A stretch of DNA of 64,000 bases, taken from a virus. A model generated the notes under the pieces. The model searched no databases. It saw only the letters and a program-made list of their open reading frames with translations, and was not told the origin of the DNA. Every line of letters starts with the position of its first letter. Within the stretch, counting starts at the first letter, position 1. The position numbers and the translations under genes were made by a program. Shown one piece after another: positions 9,745-19,019 of this stretch. The stretch covers positions 1 through 64,000 of IMG/VR virus record IMGVR_UViG_3300029913_000003. The stretch is one strand, 5' to 3'.

Positions 9745-10143
9745 TTAATTTTTTATATCATTCCAATCAATATCATCACTATCTACATATTCATCAATTT
9801 CTTGGTTTCTATATTTGGAAATAATTTCTTGCCATGTTGGTTTAACTTTCCAAATACCAAGTATATTTATATAATCAGACCATTCAATGTGATTATCAAT
9901 ATCATAAACTTCTTCTCTATTTTCATTAACCCATTTAACATAATTAAATGCAAATGCTTGATCTGCAACAAAAAATCCAAGGTAAATTGCGAATATAGGT
10001 TTTGTGACTTTAAACACACCTTTATAATTTCTATCTTGATATTCTTGAAAAAGAATATAATCACCGAATTTTAATTGATTACAATTATCTGAGAAAGGAT
10101 TAAGTTTTTTCATAATTTTATATTTCAGTTTGTATTTTTGCAA
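9745..10143 (-). CDS. hypothetical protein (132 aa)
   Basis: ORF track. Confidence 0.5.
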   Translation of the reverse strand: MQKYKLKYKIMKKLNPFSDNCNQLKFGDYILFQEYQDRNYKGVFKVTKPIFAIYLGFFVADQAFAFNYVKWVNENREEVYDIDNHIEWSDYINILGIWKVKPTWQEIISKYRNQEIDEYVDSDDIDWNDIKN

Positions 10144-10300
10144 GTCCGTATCCTAAATATCCTCCTGATACACAGCATAATATAATTGTCAATATTATAT
10201 TATTCATTACAAATAAAGGATTTATAATCATAATTATAACTAATAATAACAATGTAATTATAGATATCACAAAAGGATAATATTTTTTTGCTTTTTTCAT
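10118..10300 (-). CDS. small membrane protein
   Basis: Two predicted TM helices. Confidence 0.45.
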   Translation of the reverse strand: MKKAKKYYPFVISIITLLLLVIIMIINPLFVMNNIILTIILCCVSGGYLGYGLAKIQTEI

Positions 10301-10305
10301 ATTTT

Positions 10306-10659
10306 TTATTTATAATTAACTTCTAAATAATGTTTTATACATTTATTTAATAATTCTGGATGAAGAATCTTTGCTGTTTGAATAGCGTCCATTTGCATTT
10401 CTGGCTTAGTATATCTTGCTAATGCCCAATCTATGTATGCTTCATATAAATCTTCATCTGTCTTTACATTGTGATGCCTTGCTATTCTTCTATGAATTTT
10501 AGATGCATTATAATCTCCTAAAATAAGAATAAGAATCATTTTTTCTAAATCGTGTTTAATTACTCTTAGCAATGAAACTTTTGTGGTTTCAGTCTTCCAC
10601 AATTTTAAAATTGCTATCTTATGTTTATATACTCTTTTAGATTCATCAAATCTATTCAT
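10306..10659 (-). CDS. hypothetical protein (117 aa)
   Basis: ORF track. Confidence 0.5.
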   Translation of the reverse strand: MNRFDESKRVYKHKIAILKLWKTETTKVSLLRVIKHDLEKMILILILGDYNASKIHRRIARHHNVKTDEDLYEAYIDWALARYTKPEMQMDAIQTAKILHPELLNKCIKHYLEVNYK

Positions 10660-10700
10660 AACTAAGTTTTTAATAATTAGAATACAAAGATAATAAAAAA

Positions 10701-10732
10701 AGTAGAATTAAATGAATAATTCTACTTTTTTA
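10701..10732. terminator. hairpin plus T/A-run intrinsic terminator
   Basis: agtagaatt / aattctact stem flanked by A-run and T-run. Confidence 0.55.
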
Positions 10733-10751
10733 ACTGTTATATTATGTTAAT

Positions 10752-11051
10752 TTAATCAAATAAATTTTCAGATGTCAATTCAGAGTCATCTCCATTTTCT
10801 GATGCTTCTTTACCATATCTAATTTGATTACTATTTTTAGCTATTTTCCAAGCTTCTTTTCTATAAACAAAATTTCCTTTTGATGTTAAAAATCCTTGCT
10901 CTTTTCTATTTGGCTCATGAAATTTAGTAGAGTTACAAGAAATTTCAATTTTATTTAATGAATCATAACAATCATTATGCCTTCTACCACAAACTATTAT
11001 ATCATCAAATTTAATTGCTGAGCATAATATATATTCTTTATCTTCCATCAT
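10752..11051 (-). CDS. hypothetical Cys-containing protein
   Basis: ORF track. Confidence 0.45.
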   Translation of the reverse strand: MMEDKEYILCSAIKFDDIIVCGRRHNDCYDSLNKIEISCNSTKFHEPNRKEQGFLTSKGNFVYRKEAWKIAKNSNQIRYGKEASENGDDSELTSENLFD

Positions 11052-11267
11052 TAAACTATTATACCATTTAATATCATAATATTTTTATATTTGTTAAAGT
11101 CAAGTTTTTGACGAATTATTTCACATTTTTTATTATATTCTTTAAGTGTTTTTGCGCCTTCGTCTACACACTGATAATGAGTTTGTACAAGAATATCAAA
11201 TTCTAATTGAGCATTTTTAGCATCTTCACGTTTTTCTTATACATAAAGTACTAGTTCTTCTGTAGTT

Positions 11268-11385
11268 CCGTCAACTTAAACATGCACAAATTTGTACAGG
11301 AAGTGACGTTTGGATGTTGTTTGATAACATTCCTTGTCCGAACACACTATTCTTTATAAATTTAAAGAAATCGTAGTCGCATTTA
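11268..11385 (-). ncRNA. putative omega-RNA (reRNA) scaffold region at TnpB 3' end
   Basis: ~118 nt at the 3' end of the TnpB ORF is repeated at 28386..28508; hairpin with conserved loop ATCAAAC kept by compensatory stem changes. Confidence 0.4.
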
Positions 11386-12728
11386 ATTTTAACTGGATTA
11401 CACAGTTTAAACATATAATTTTTCAGCCATGAAAAATCATTATTTTTGTTTGATTTTTTAATATGATTAACTGCACCATTTAAATCTGCATTCATTGTTT
11501 TATTTATTAGTTTGTCTGTAAACAATCCACGTTTAGAACGAACACCATTTAGTTCTTTATCTAACGGATTATTAACATCATCACTAACACAAGAACACTT
11601 GGAAGTGTAGGCTTCGTTAATTATATCTACTTGAATTCCAACTTCATTACTTTTATATTGAATGTAATCCAATAATTTAATGAAAGGAATCTGTATGAAA
11701 TTTTGTTTTACTTTATTATTTAATTTGCAGTCACCATTATATTTTAAGCTAGCTAAATTATATGATATGGTTAGGTTTGTTACTGAATTTAATTTCAAGA
11801 ACTCAACTACCCTTTTACTTACTTTATGAAACTGATCATAAAAATAACGATTCCTCTTTTCATAAAGAAATGTCTTATACTTCCTTAATTCTATTCCTCT
11901 TTGAGTCCACTTGGAAGCATATTTAATATTATTTTTACTTAAACTATATTCTATTACTTCGTTAGAAATTGATTCATTTAATTTAGCTATAAAACGATTG
12001 AATTTTGAGTTATAAGTCTTAAAGTGATTTCCATCTACAATAATTGATTTAGATTTTTTATCATCAATAAATATTGCAAGCAAATTATTGACTCCAACAT
12101 CAATCCCTGCTTCTTTTATGTTCAAATTACTATTTAAAATATCTTCAGTTAAATAGTTCAAGTGTAAATAAATTTCTTTGTTTGAGTAAACTATTTTAAG
12201 GCTTTGAATGTTTTTTGGTAGAAATTCGTGTTTGAAATCAATGTAAAACATTTTATTACTTAAGTTAATTCCAATTTTATCTTTTTTCTTGAAGGAAAAT
12301 GCAATTTGATCAACTAAAATTGAATATTTTGTTACCAAGAATAGCTTTTTAGCACTGGGTGTATTTGCCTTAACTTTTTGTTTGATTTTAGTGAAAAATG
12401 CTTTATAACTTACTTTAACTCTCTTAATCAAATCAGAAATATTATGAATTTTAAGACATTTAGATAAACGAATCAACTCAATCATTTTATCATAATTTTT
12501 ATATTTATCTTTAATAAACTTTACTTTGTCTTTTTCCAAACCGCCAGCAGTTTCAGCAAGAACTGCTCTCATGACTTTATAGTTAGAAAGTAAATTAAAA
12601 TCTTCTTGGTTTTCCTTCAATATTATAAGGTATAAGTTTTCGAAGTGACGATATTTGAAAATATAATCACTCATCATTTTTTTATATTTATCTTCTTTAA
12701 TGTGTATTATGAAGGTTCTATTATTCAT
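11271..12728 (-). CDS. tnpB: TnpB / Fanzor-like RuvC-fold RNA-guided nuclease (IS200/IS605 OrfB family)
   Basis: RuvC-I GIDVGVNN, RuvC-II INEAYTSKCSC, RuvC-III NADLNGAVNHI; 485 aa; no adjacent TnpA. Confidence 0.8.
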   Translation of the reverse strand: MNNRTFIIHIKEDKYKKMMSDYIFKYRHFENLYLIILKENQEDFNLLSNYKVMRAVLAETAGGLEKDKVKFIKDKYKNYDKMIELIRLSKCLKIHNISDLIKRVKVSYKAFFTKIKQKVKANTPSAKKLFLVTKYSILVDQIAFSFKKKDKIGINLSNKMFYIDFKHEFLPKNIQSLKIVYSNKEIYLHLNYLTEDILNSNLNIKEAGIDVGVNNLLAIFIDDKKSKSIIVDGNHFKTYNSKFNRFIAKLNESISNEVIEYSLSKNNIKYASKWTQRGIELRKYKTFLYEKRNRYFYDQFHKVSKRVVEFLKLNSVTNLTISYNLASLKYNGDCKLNNKVKQNFIQIPFIKLLDYIQYKSNEVGIQVDIINEAYTSKCSCVSDDVNNPLDKELNGVRSKRGLFTDKLINKTMNADLNGAVNHIKKSNKNNDFSWLKNYMFKLCNPVKIKCDYDFFKFIKNSVFGQGMLSNNIQTSLPVQICACLS

Positions 12729-12750
12729 TCAATTACTTGATTTTATTGCG

Positions 12751-12780
12751 TATTATATATAAATATTTAATAATTGTTTA
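12751..12780 (-). promoter_or_regulatory. AT-rich promoter-like repeat upstream of tnpB
   Basis: 25/30 identity to 13301..13330; both ~25-35 nt upstream of minus-strand starts; contains TATATAAT. Confidence 0.3.
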
Positions 12781-12956
12781 ATTTATTTACACTTTTTTAT
12801 AGTTTTGTTTAAATTTTTTGTAACTGAATCTAACCTCTTGCTCTTATGCTTTTAGCTTCACCATATTGACTATTTTCATCACCACTTGAATATGAAAAGC
12901 CAATTTCTTTTATAAATTCTTCTGTGAAAATTTTTAACATAACTTTATATTTTTAA

Positions 12957-13268
12957 TTATATAATATTATTATCAACGCACCAATTATTAAATAATTTTT
13001 CTAACGATGGTTCAATTTTAAAAAATATAGTGATAGGTAATTTATCTATAACCATATTTTGATAATATTTATCTAAAAAATTCAAATTCTTTTGAATTTG
13101 TGATTTAGTCATATCAATATCTTTACATCTATTAAAATATTTAATAAATGGTGATTCTAAATCAAAATATGCATATACATCAGCTTGTTCCATAATTGAT
13201 ATTTTAAATATTAATAATAAATTTGAATACAAAGATAATACATTATTTTTATATACTAAAATGTGCAT
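12957..13268 (-). CDS. hypothetical protein (103 aa)
   Basis: ORF track. Confidence 0.45.
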   Translation of the reverse strand: MHILVYKNNVLSLYSNLLLIFKISIMEQADVYAYFDLESPFIKYFNRCKDIDMTKSQIQKNLNFLDKYYQNMVIDKLPITIFFKIEPSLEKLFNNWCVDNNII

Positions 13269-13300
13269 ATAAAATAATATAATTTTTTATTGTTATTTAA

Positions 13301-13330
13301 CATTATATATAAATATGTAATAATTTTGAA
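13301..13330 (-). promoter_or_regulatory. second copy of promoter-like repeat
   Basis: cattatatataaatatgtaataattttgaa, upstream of 12957..13268. Confidence 0.3.
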
Positions 13331-13404
13331 TGTTTTTGCTCTAAATATTTGGTAGATTTAAAAAAATGTAGTATTTTTGCTAATTGTCATAATAAAATAA
13401 AACT

Positions 13405-13734
13405 ATGATTTATATATTAATAATTTATTTGTTTGGATTTTTATATATTCCAAAAACATTACTCAATAAAACTGAGCCAGAAAAACTAAAATCAAAAGAT
13501 TATATCATTTTCAATGGTCAACAATCATATATGAAATGCCTATTATATTTTTTTGTTTTTAATTGGATTTGTTTTTTATTTTTAAATAAAATAAGAGAAA
13601 TGAGAAAAATAGATTATTATAAAGATGTTATTGATAGTTGGAATAAAAGTTATGGATTTGAAAATCTTCATGATCAAACTAAATTAGATTATATTAGAAT
13701 CAGTAGATATATTAAAATTAAAAAACTAAAATGA
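13405..13734 (+). CDS. family C small membrane protein (TM + FLFLNKIREMRKIDYYK + RYIKIKKLK tail)
   Basis: Shared motifs with 13731, 21406 and 21755 genes. Confidence 0.55.
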   Translation: MIYILIIYLFGFLYIPKTLLNKTEPEKLKSKDYIIFNGQQSYMKCLLYFFVFNWICFLFLNKIREMRKIDYYKDVIDSWNKSYGFENLHDQTKLDYIRISRYIKIKKLK

Positions 13735-14069
13735 TACAGATCATACCATTTATATTTCTTATAATATATTTTACAAGTTTTTCATACATGCCTTATATTT
13801 TAGACAAAAAAACTAAACCAAAAGGAAATGACGGACTTATTGAAACTAAATACAATGTATTATTTTGTTTTGTTAATATTTTTTGTTTTTTATTTTTGAA
13901 TAAAATTAGAGAAAAAAGAAAAATAAATTTTTATAAAAATAGAATATTACATTATGATCAAAACTTTATAAAAATTTTTGGTTTTGAATCATTATCACCT
14001 GATGGTAAATTAGATTACAATAGAATGAAGAGGTATTTAAAACTTAAAAAAATAAATGAAAAATCATAA
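13731..14069 (+). CDS. family C small membrane protein
   Basis: ATGA overlap; FLFLNKIREKRKINFYK. Confidence 0.55.
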   Translation: MIQIIPFIFLIIYFTSFSYMPYILDKKTKPKGNDGLIETKYNVLFCFVNIFCFLFLNKIREKRKINFYKNRILHYDQNFIKIFGFESLSPDGKLDYNRMKRYLKLKKINEKS

Positions 14070-14415
14070 ATCTGAGTACCATATAAATCATACAAAAATA
14101 CGTTATTTAGAAAGATTTAATGAAATTTTATCTGATGATGAATATGATGAATTATGTTCATTATTATCAATAGAAAATTCTATAAGATTAACAGCTCATA
14201 AATATAGAAACATTATTAAATTTAAAGAACATTATATTTGGTGCACGTTTAATAGATATAAATATATCATCACAGTATATTTTTTAAGCAAAAAAGAAAT
14301 AATATCATACAATAATGGTAAAATAGATTATTCAAAAGCTACTTTAAAATATAAAGAAAAAAATGACAGAAAAAAAATATTTAAGAAAACTCAGAAACAT
14401 GCTATCTCAAATTAA
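14056..14415 (+). CDS. hypothetical protein
   Basis: ORF track. Confidence 0.45.
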   Translation: MKNHKSEYHINHTKIRYLERFNEILSDDEYDELCSLLSIENSIRLTAHKYRNIIKFKEHYIWCTFNRYKYIITVYFLSKKEIISYNNGKIDYSKATLKYKEKNDRKKIFKKTQKHAISN

Positions 14416-14815
14416 TCTACATATTTACAAAGATAGTGATGAAAAAACTTACATTGATATAATTAAAAAATATGCAATGAAGTTTATAAAAATGAAAGAA
14501 GATAATGATAATAGTGGATTAAAATATAAATTAGGTAAAATATATGTAGATTTATATAATATCATAAAACAATATAATACAAGTGAAGAAACTATTAAAC
14601 AACTTTATAATGAAGAACAAATTAAATTAGTTTTGCATAAAAGATTTGATTATAAACAAAATCCTATTGTGAGACGTGACAATAAAGGAGTACTAATTGG
14701 TATGGGATTTGGTGGCAATAAAAATATGACAAGATATCCTAAAAAGAATCGTCCTCTAAAAGTGTGGAAAAAATTTTACGAAATGTTCCCAATTGAAGCA
14801 AAAAAAGATAATTGA
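14363..14815 (+). CDS. hypothetical protein (150 aa)
   Basis: ORF track. Confidence 0.45.
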   Translation: MTEKKYLRKLRNMLSQINLHIYKDSDEKTYIDIIKKYAMKFIKMKEDNDNSGLKYKLGKIYVDLYNIIKQYNTSEETIKQLYNEEQIKLVLHKRFDYKQNPIVRRDNKGVLIGMGFGGNKNMTRYPKKNRPLKVWKKFYEMFPIEAKKDN

Positions 14816-14848
14816 AATGGTAAAACATCATCTAAAATGAAATAATTT

Positions 14849-15424
14849 ATGATTGAGTACTACAATAAATATTTTAATATAATATCTGAAAATGATAGTT
14901 ATAATTCTGAAATTGCATTTATTAATACAAATAATACTTGCATATTTAAAGAATCTGCATATGTTGAATATATTGAAAATAACACATTAAAATATGGAAT
15001 ATTCAAAATGACAGATGAATTGAAAAAAATTTATTTTGAATTTAGAAATAATCCAGATTTTATACATAAAATAATCAAAAAAATTCAAATTTCAACAAAC
15101 AATTATTCTTATATTAAAATATTAAAAGATAATATAAATCCTCAATTAGAAGGAAAAATAATGATTTTTAAATTTAAGCATAAAATTTCTGAAACTATTG
15201 GAACTTATATAATTAAAGAAAAAATAAATATTATTGGTCATACATTTAGAATAAATTTAAATAAAAAAAGTCATTATCTCAATACTGATTATTGTTATTT
15301 CACTAATGTTGAATATTGCATTGAAGATTATAGTTTAGATATTAGAAATGATATTCATATTAAATCTTTGAATATATTAAATATAGAAAGAAAAGAAAAA
15401 ATTAAAAAATTAAATTTATTATAA
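14849..15424 (+). CDS. hypothetical protein (191 aa)
   Basis: ORF track. Confidence 0.5.
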   Translation: MIEYYNKYFNIISENDSYNSEIAFINTNNTCIFKESAYVEYIENNTLKYGIFKMTDELKKIYFEFRNNPDFIHKIIKKIQISTNNYSYIKILKDNINPQLEGKIMIFKFKHKISETIGTYIIKEKINIIGHTFRINLNKKSHYLNTDYCYFTNVEYCIEDYSLDIRNDIHIKSLNILNIERKEKIKKLNLL

Positions 15425-15427
15425 TTT

Positions 15428-15766
15428 ATGAAAATTATATTACTATCAATAATTATATTTGAGTTATATGCAATAATTTCTATATATGCAAAAAAATATT
15501 TAGAGAAGAGATATAATAAAATGTATAAAGATTTTTTTATTTATGTAAATATTAATTTAGATTTTCCAAAGGCGTTATATTATCCTATTCATATATTATT
15601 ACGTAAAAAATATGATATGAAATATAAGAAATTATATTTAAGTGCTAAAATAGATGAAATATATTTTTATGATTTTCAATCTGACTTTATTGATAATAAA
15701 TTATCTAATTTACAAAAAGAACTAAACAAAATTAATAGACAAATTAAATTAAAAAAATTAAAATGA
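15428..15766 (+). CDS. small membrane protein with IKLKKLK tail
   Basis: N-terminal TM helix; tail motif. Confidence 0.5.
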   Translation: MKIILLSIIIFELYAIISIYAKKYLEKRYNKMYKDFFIYVNINLDFPKALYYPIHILLRKKYDMKYKKLYLSAKIDEIYFYDFQSDFIDNKLSNLQKELNKINRQIKLKKLK

Positions 15767-16200
15767 TTAATACATTTATTTTATTAGTAGAAATTGCAAT
15801 TATATTATCTATATATTATCTGATAAATTCATTCATATTAAAAAATGAACTTAAAAAATATACTAATGAATATAGAATATATTTTAAAAAAAGACATATA
15901 AATAAACATCCTATTTTATATATTTTTTTCACTATGTTTATATTTTTATATAATAAGTATCATAAAGATGAAATTGAATATGATTTCTTAAAATATAAAG
16001 TTGAAAGATGTGATTTAATAAAAAATGATCCATATTTTATAACGCTAAATAATAACATATCTGTTTATAAAAATAACTCTGTTTATAAAATTGATAATTT
16101 TAATATTAAAGAGGAAGAAATACGAAAAAAATTAAGATCTTGTGCATTAAAAATAAAATTAAAAAAAATAAATAAAATAGTTAATGATGATAGCAAATGA
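15763..16200 (+). CDS. small membrane protein with LKIKLKKINK tail
   Basis: ATGA overlap; TM helices. Confidence 0.5.
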   Translation: MINTFILLVEIAIILSIYYLINSFILKNELKKYTNEYRIYFKKRHINKHPILYIFFTMFIFLYNKYHKDEIEYDFLKYKVERCDLIKNDPYFITLNNNISVYKNNSVYKIDNFNIKEEEIRKKLRSCALKIKLKKINKIVNDDSK

Positions 16201-16531
16201 TATAATATTAATATGTTTTATAATATTTAATATTTATATAATAGTAAATTGTATATTATTTATCATTTATAAAAAATTAATTAAAAAAGGTATTGATTTT
16301 TATGAATATTTTTATGATAATAATATTAGGAAGAAAATTTTATTATATATGTTTTTAACTATATTTATTATTTCATATAATATTTTATATAAAGATAATA
16401 TTAAACTTAAGTATTATAATTATAAATTGAAAAAAATAAGATATGGAGAAGATTTTGAATCAGAATTAAATGAAATAAAAAAATTAATTCATCAGACTGA
16501 AAGAAGAATAAAAATTAAAAAATTCAAATGA
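16184..16531 (+). CDS. small membrane protein with RIKIKKFK tail
   Basis: ORF track; TM helices. Confidence 0.5.
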   Translation: MMIANDIILICFIIFNIYIIVNCILFIIYKKLIKKGIDFYEYFYDNNIRKKILLYMFLTIFIISYNILYKDNIKLKYYNYKLKKIRYGEDFESELNEIKKLIHQTERRIKIKKFK

Positions 16532-17019
16532 ATAATATATTAAAGCTAATAACGATTTCTTTTGAAAAATATTATTATAATAATAGGAATGAATATCTTA
16601 AAATAGATTTTATTAAAAATTTTATGTATGATAATTGTGATAATATAAATCCTACTGATTTTATTAATAAAAAAATACCAATATATTTCGTTTATGATAT
16701 AAAAGATAATTTAGAATTAAAAGATATAAATATAAATGAATTTGATACTAATGAAATTTATGATAATAAAAAACAAATTTTAGAGTTAGTCGATCAAGAT
16801 AATGAAATAATTGAATGTATTGATTTTTCATTATTTTCTGATAGAAAATATATAATATATTCAAATTTAAATAATAATATAGTATTAAAAAATAAAATAT
16901 ATTCAAATGATTATAAATTATTTTTATTCTATGAGGATCATAACTTTATTGTAAAATTAATATATTCTCCTAATATTAGAAAATATAAATTACAGCAAAT
17001 TAAAAAGACGATAAAATGA
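16528..17019 (+). CDS. hypothetical protein (163 aa)
   Basis: ATGA overlap both sides. Confidence 0.5.
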   Translation: MNNILKLITISFEKYYYNNRNEYLKIDFIKNFMYDNCDNINPTDFINKKIPIYFVYDIKDNLELKDININEFDTNEIYDNKKQILELVDQDNEIIECIDFSLFSDRKYIIYSNLNNNIVLKNKIYSNDYKLFLFYEDHNFIVKLIYSPNIRKYKLQQIKKTIK

Positions 17020-17231
17020 AAATAGGAGATATAGTAATATATATAGGTAAAGATAATAAATTAATATATTTGAAAGAATATACTATTTATTATATAACTA
17101 CAACAGGATTTAATTATATATTTTTTATGATTGATGGAATTAATGCTATGAGCATGTTTCCTATTGAAGATTTTTGTACATTAAAAGAATATAGAAAATT
17201 AAAATTAAATAAATTATGCTCAACCAAGTAA
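17016..17231 (+). CDS. family A small protein (MKIGDIVIYIG ... LKEYRKLKLNKL)
   Basis: ORF track. Confidence 0.55.
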   Translation: MKIGDIVIYIGKDNKLIYLKEYTIYYITTTGFNYIFFMIDGINAMSMFPIEDFCTLKEYRKLKLNKLCSTK

Positions 17232-17434
17232 AAGGAATTACAGCTAAAACAGAATTAGATAAAAAAGCATATGAAAAATATGAAGAGTATATTGATATTC
17301 AAGGTTATTACACTCAATATACGTTAGATTTATTCTTAACTCAAAAGAAATCTAATAAAATTAAATTATTTTATGAAATAGCTTTAAAACAATTGAGATT
17401 AGATAAATTAAATAAATTATGTATACAGAATTAG
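17216..17434 (+). CDS. family D small protein (...KLNKLCIQN), TAG stop
   Basis: First of 4 tandem paralogs with overlapping junctions. Confidence 0.5.
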   Translation: MLNQVKGITAKTELDKKAYEKYEEYIDIQGYYTQYTLDLFLTQKKSNKIKLFYEIALKQLRLDKLNKLCIQN

Positions 17435-17613
17435 AAAAATTAAACAAGTTTGCATATGATATGTTTATATACGACATGAAAAATAAATATAGAATAAGCT
17501 ATTTGACTATTTATGAATTTATTGAAAATAAAGAAATATATCATAATTATTATGATAAAGCAAAAAAATTAATAAGAAAAGAAAAACTTAATAAAATATG
17601 CACACAAACGTAG
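17419..17613 (+). CDS. family D small protein (...KLNKICTQT), TAG stop
   Basis: Tandem paralog. Confidence 0.5.
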   Translation: MYTELEKLNKFAYDMFIYDMKNKYRISYLTIYEFIENKEIYHNYYDKAKKLIRKEKLNKICTQT

Positions 17614-17789
17614 ATATGCTAGCATATGAATTATATTGTGAAAGTAGAAATCCAAAGGATGAAGGATATTCATGCCTATGTACATTTGATTATTTTATTT
17701 ATAAAAAAAATGAATATCAATTATATTATGATAAGGTTATCAGAAAAGAAAAACTTAAAGAATTAAATGAAATATGTACACAGAATTAG
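17598..17789 (+). CDS. family D small protein (...ELNEICTQN), TAG stop
   Basis: Tandem paralog. Confidence 0.5.
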   Translation: MHTNVDMLAYELYCESRNPKDEGYSCLCTFDYFIYKKNEYQLYYDKVIRKEKLKELNEICTQN

Positions 17790-17965
17790 ATAAATTGACA
17801 TATAAATTATATTCAGAATATATGATGTCTGAAAGATGTATTATTTGGAATGATATTGAATATTTTATAAAACGTAAAGATTCATATCATGATTATTTCA
17901 ATGACGCTATAATTAAATTAAGAAAAGAAAAACTCAATACTATATCAAAATATGTGCAAATTTAA
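17774..17965 (+). CDS. family D small protein
   Basis: Tandem paralog. Confidence 0.5.
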   Translation: MYTELDKLTYKLYSEYMMSERCIIWNDIEYFIKRKDSYHDYFNDAIIKLRKEKLNTISKYVQI

Positions 17966-18513
17966 TATCGGAGATAAAATTGTTTATATTGTATATGAAA
18001 ATAATTTATCTTTTTATGAGTATCCGTTTGAGTGTTTTAAATATAGTGTTTTATTGTTAATTATTTAGCATGTGTTACTTGTCAACCATCTCTTTATTAG
18101 TTAACTACGTACAACTCTCAATTTTAACTTGGGGATTAATTAAAACATAAGAAACAACTCCATAGTAGTTGATCAGAACAATCAACCACGTATGCTTTAT
18201 TTTAGTCTATCCTAATTGATGACCCATACAATCAAATTTTATAACTATATAAATAACAAGACATTACTAATATTAAATAGATAAAGCGAATCAACATAAA
18301 TATATATATTAAGATATCCAAACGGATACTCATATATCTTTTTATGATGATTTTTTTAAAAAATATAACACGTATACGATAGTTCAAATTTTAAATAATG
18401 GTATTACATTTGGACTAGGAATTAAAGAGATAGGTGGTTATTACTCATCAAATTATTTCATAACTTTAAAAGAATATAGAAAATTAAAACTTCAAAAATT
18501 AGAATTGTTATGA
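17952..18513 (+). pseudogene. family A gene split by a MITE insertion
   Basis: MCKFNIGDKIVYIVYENNLSFY | 320-bp insert | DDFFKKYN...ITLKEYRKLKLQKLELL*; removing insert plus one TSD copy restores the frame. Confidence 0.6.
18015..18334. mobile_element. MITE-like non-autonomous element with 16-bp TIRs and 8-bp TSD
   Basis: TIRs TATGAGTATCCGTTTG / CAAACGGATACTCATA perfect; flanking direct repeat TATCTTTT at 18007..18014 and 18335..18342; no ORF inside. Confidence 0.7.
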
Positions 18514-18757
18514 TAACTAATATAAATAAATATGATAAAGTAGTATATATTTTGGTCATGATGGTAAAATTAGTCAGTCTAAATTTATCTATGGTAATAT
18601 TTATACAGTAACAGGCTACTTTCGATCTTATATACCAGAATTGTCTTATATAACTACAGATGAAATAGAAAATTTTTATATTTATCTTAATTTTTTTATT
18701 ACATTAAAAGAATATAGAAAATTAAAACTTCAAAAATTAGAATTATGTTTAGAGTAG
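18510..18757 (+). pseudogene. family A pseudogene, frameshift in a T-run
   Basis: MITNINKYDKVVYIL.. then frame switches to ..HDGKISQ...ITLKEYRKLKLQKLEL. Confidence 0.5.
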
Positions 18758-18954
18758 GAGAAAAAATAGTTTATATAAAGCAATCATATACTGGACTTAA
18801 ATTAGCATCAATTCATATTATAAAAGATATTAGATTTGATACTAGTATATCATTAGAAGATTCTTATAAAAATTGGTGGTTTTCATCCGAATGTTTTATA
18901 TCACTATCTGAATATCGAAAACAAAAACTTAATGAATTAAAAAAAATATCATAA
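18745..18954 (+). CDS. family A small protein (MFRVGEKIVYI ... LSEYRKQKLNEL)
   Basis: ORF track. Confidence 0.55.
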   Translation: MFRVGEKIVYIKQSYTGLKLASIHIIKDIRFDTSISLEDSYKNWWFSSECFISLSEYRKQKLNELKKIS

Positions 18955-19019
18955 TATTTTTTTATTCAAAATTAATTTCATATATTTGCACATTAAATGT
19001 TTAACTAAATAATTATAAT

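Noticed and set aside
9528-10074. Plus-strand ORFs 9528..9824 and 9802..10074, and minus-strand 9867..10064, rich in I/F/N
   Set aside because: Antisense or alternative frames of the minus-strand genes 9351..9743 and 9745..10143. Low complexity, no start context.
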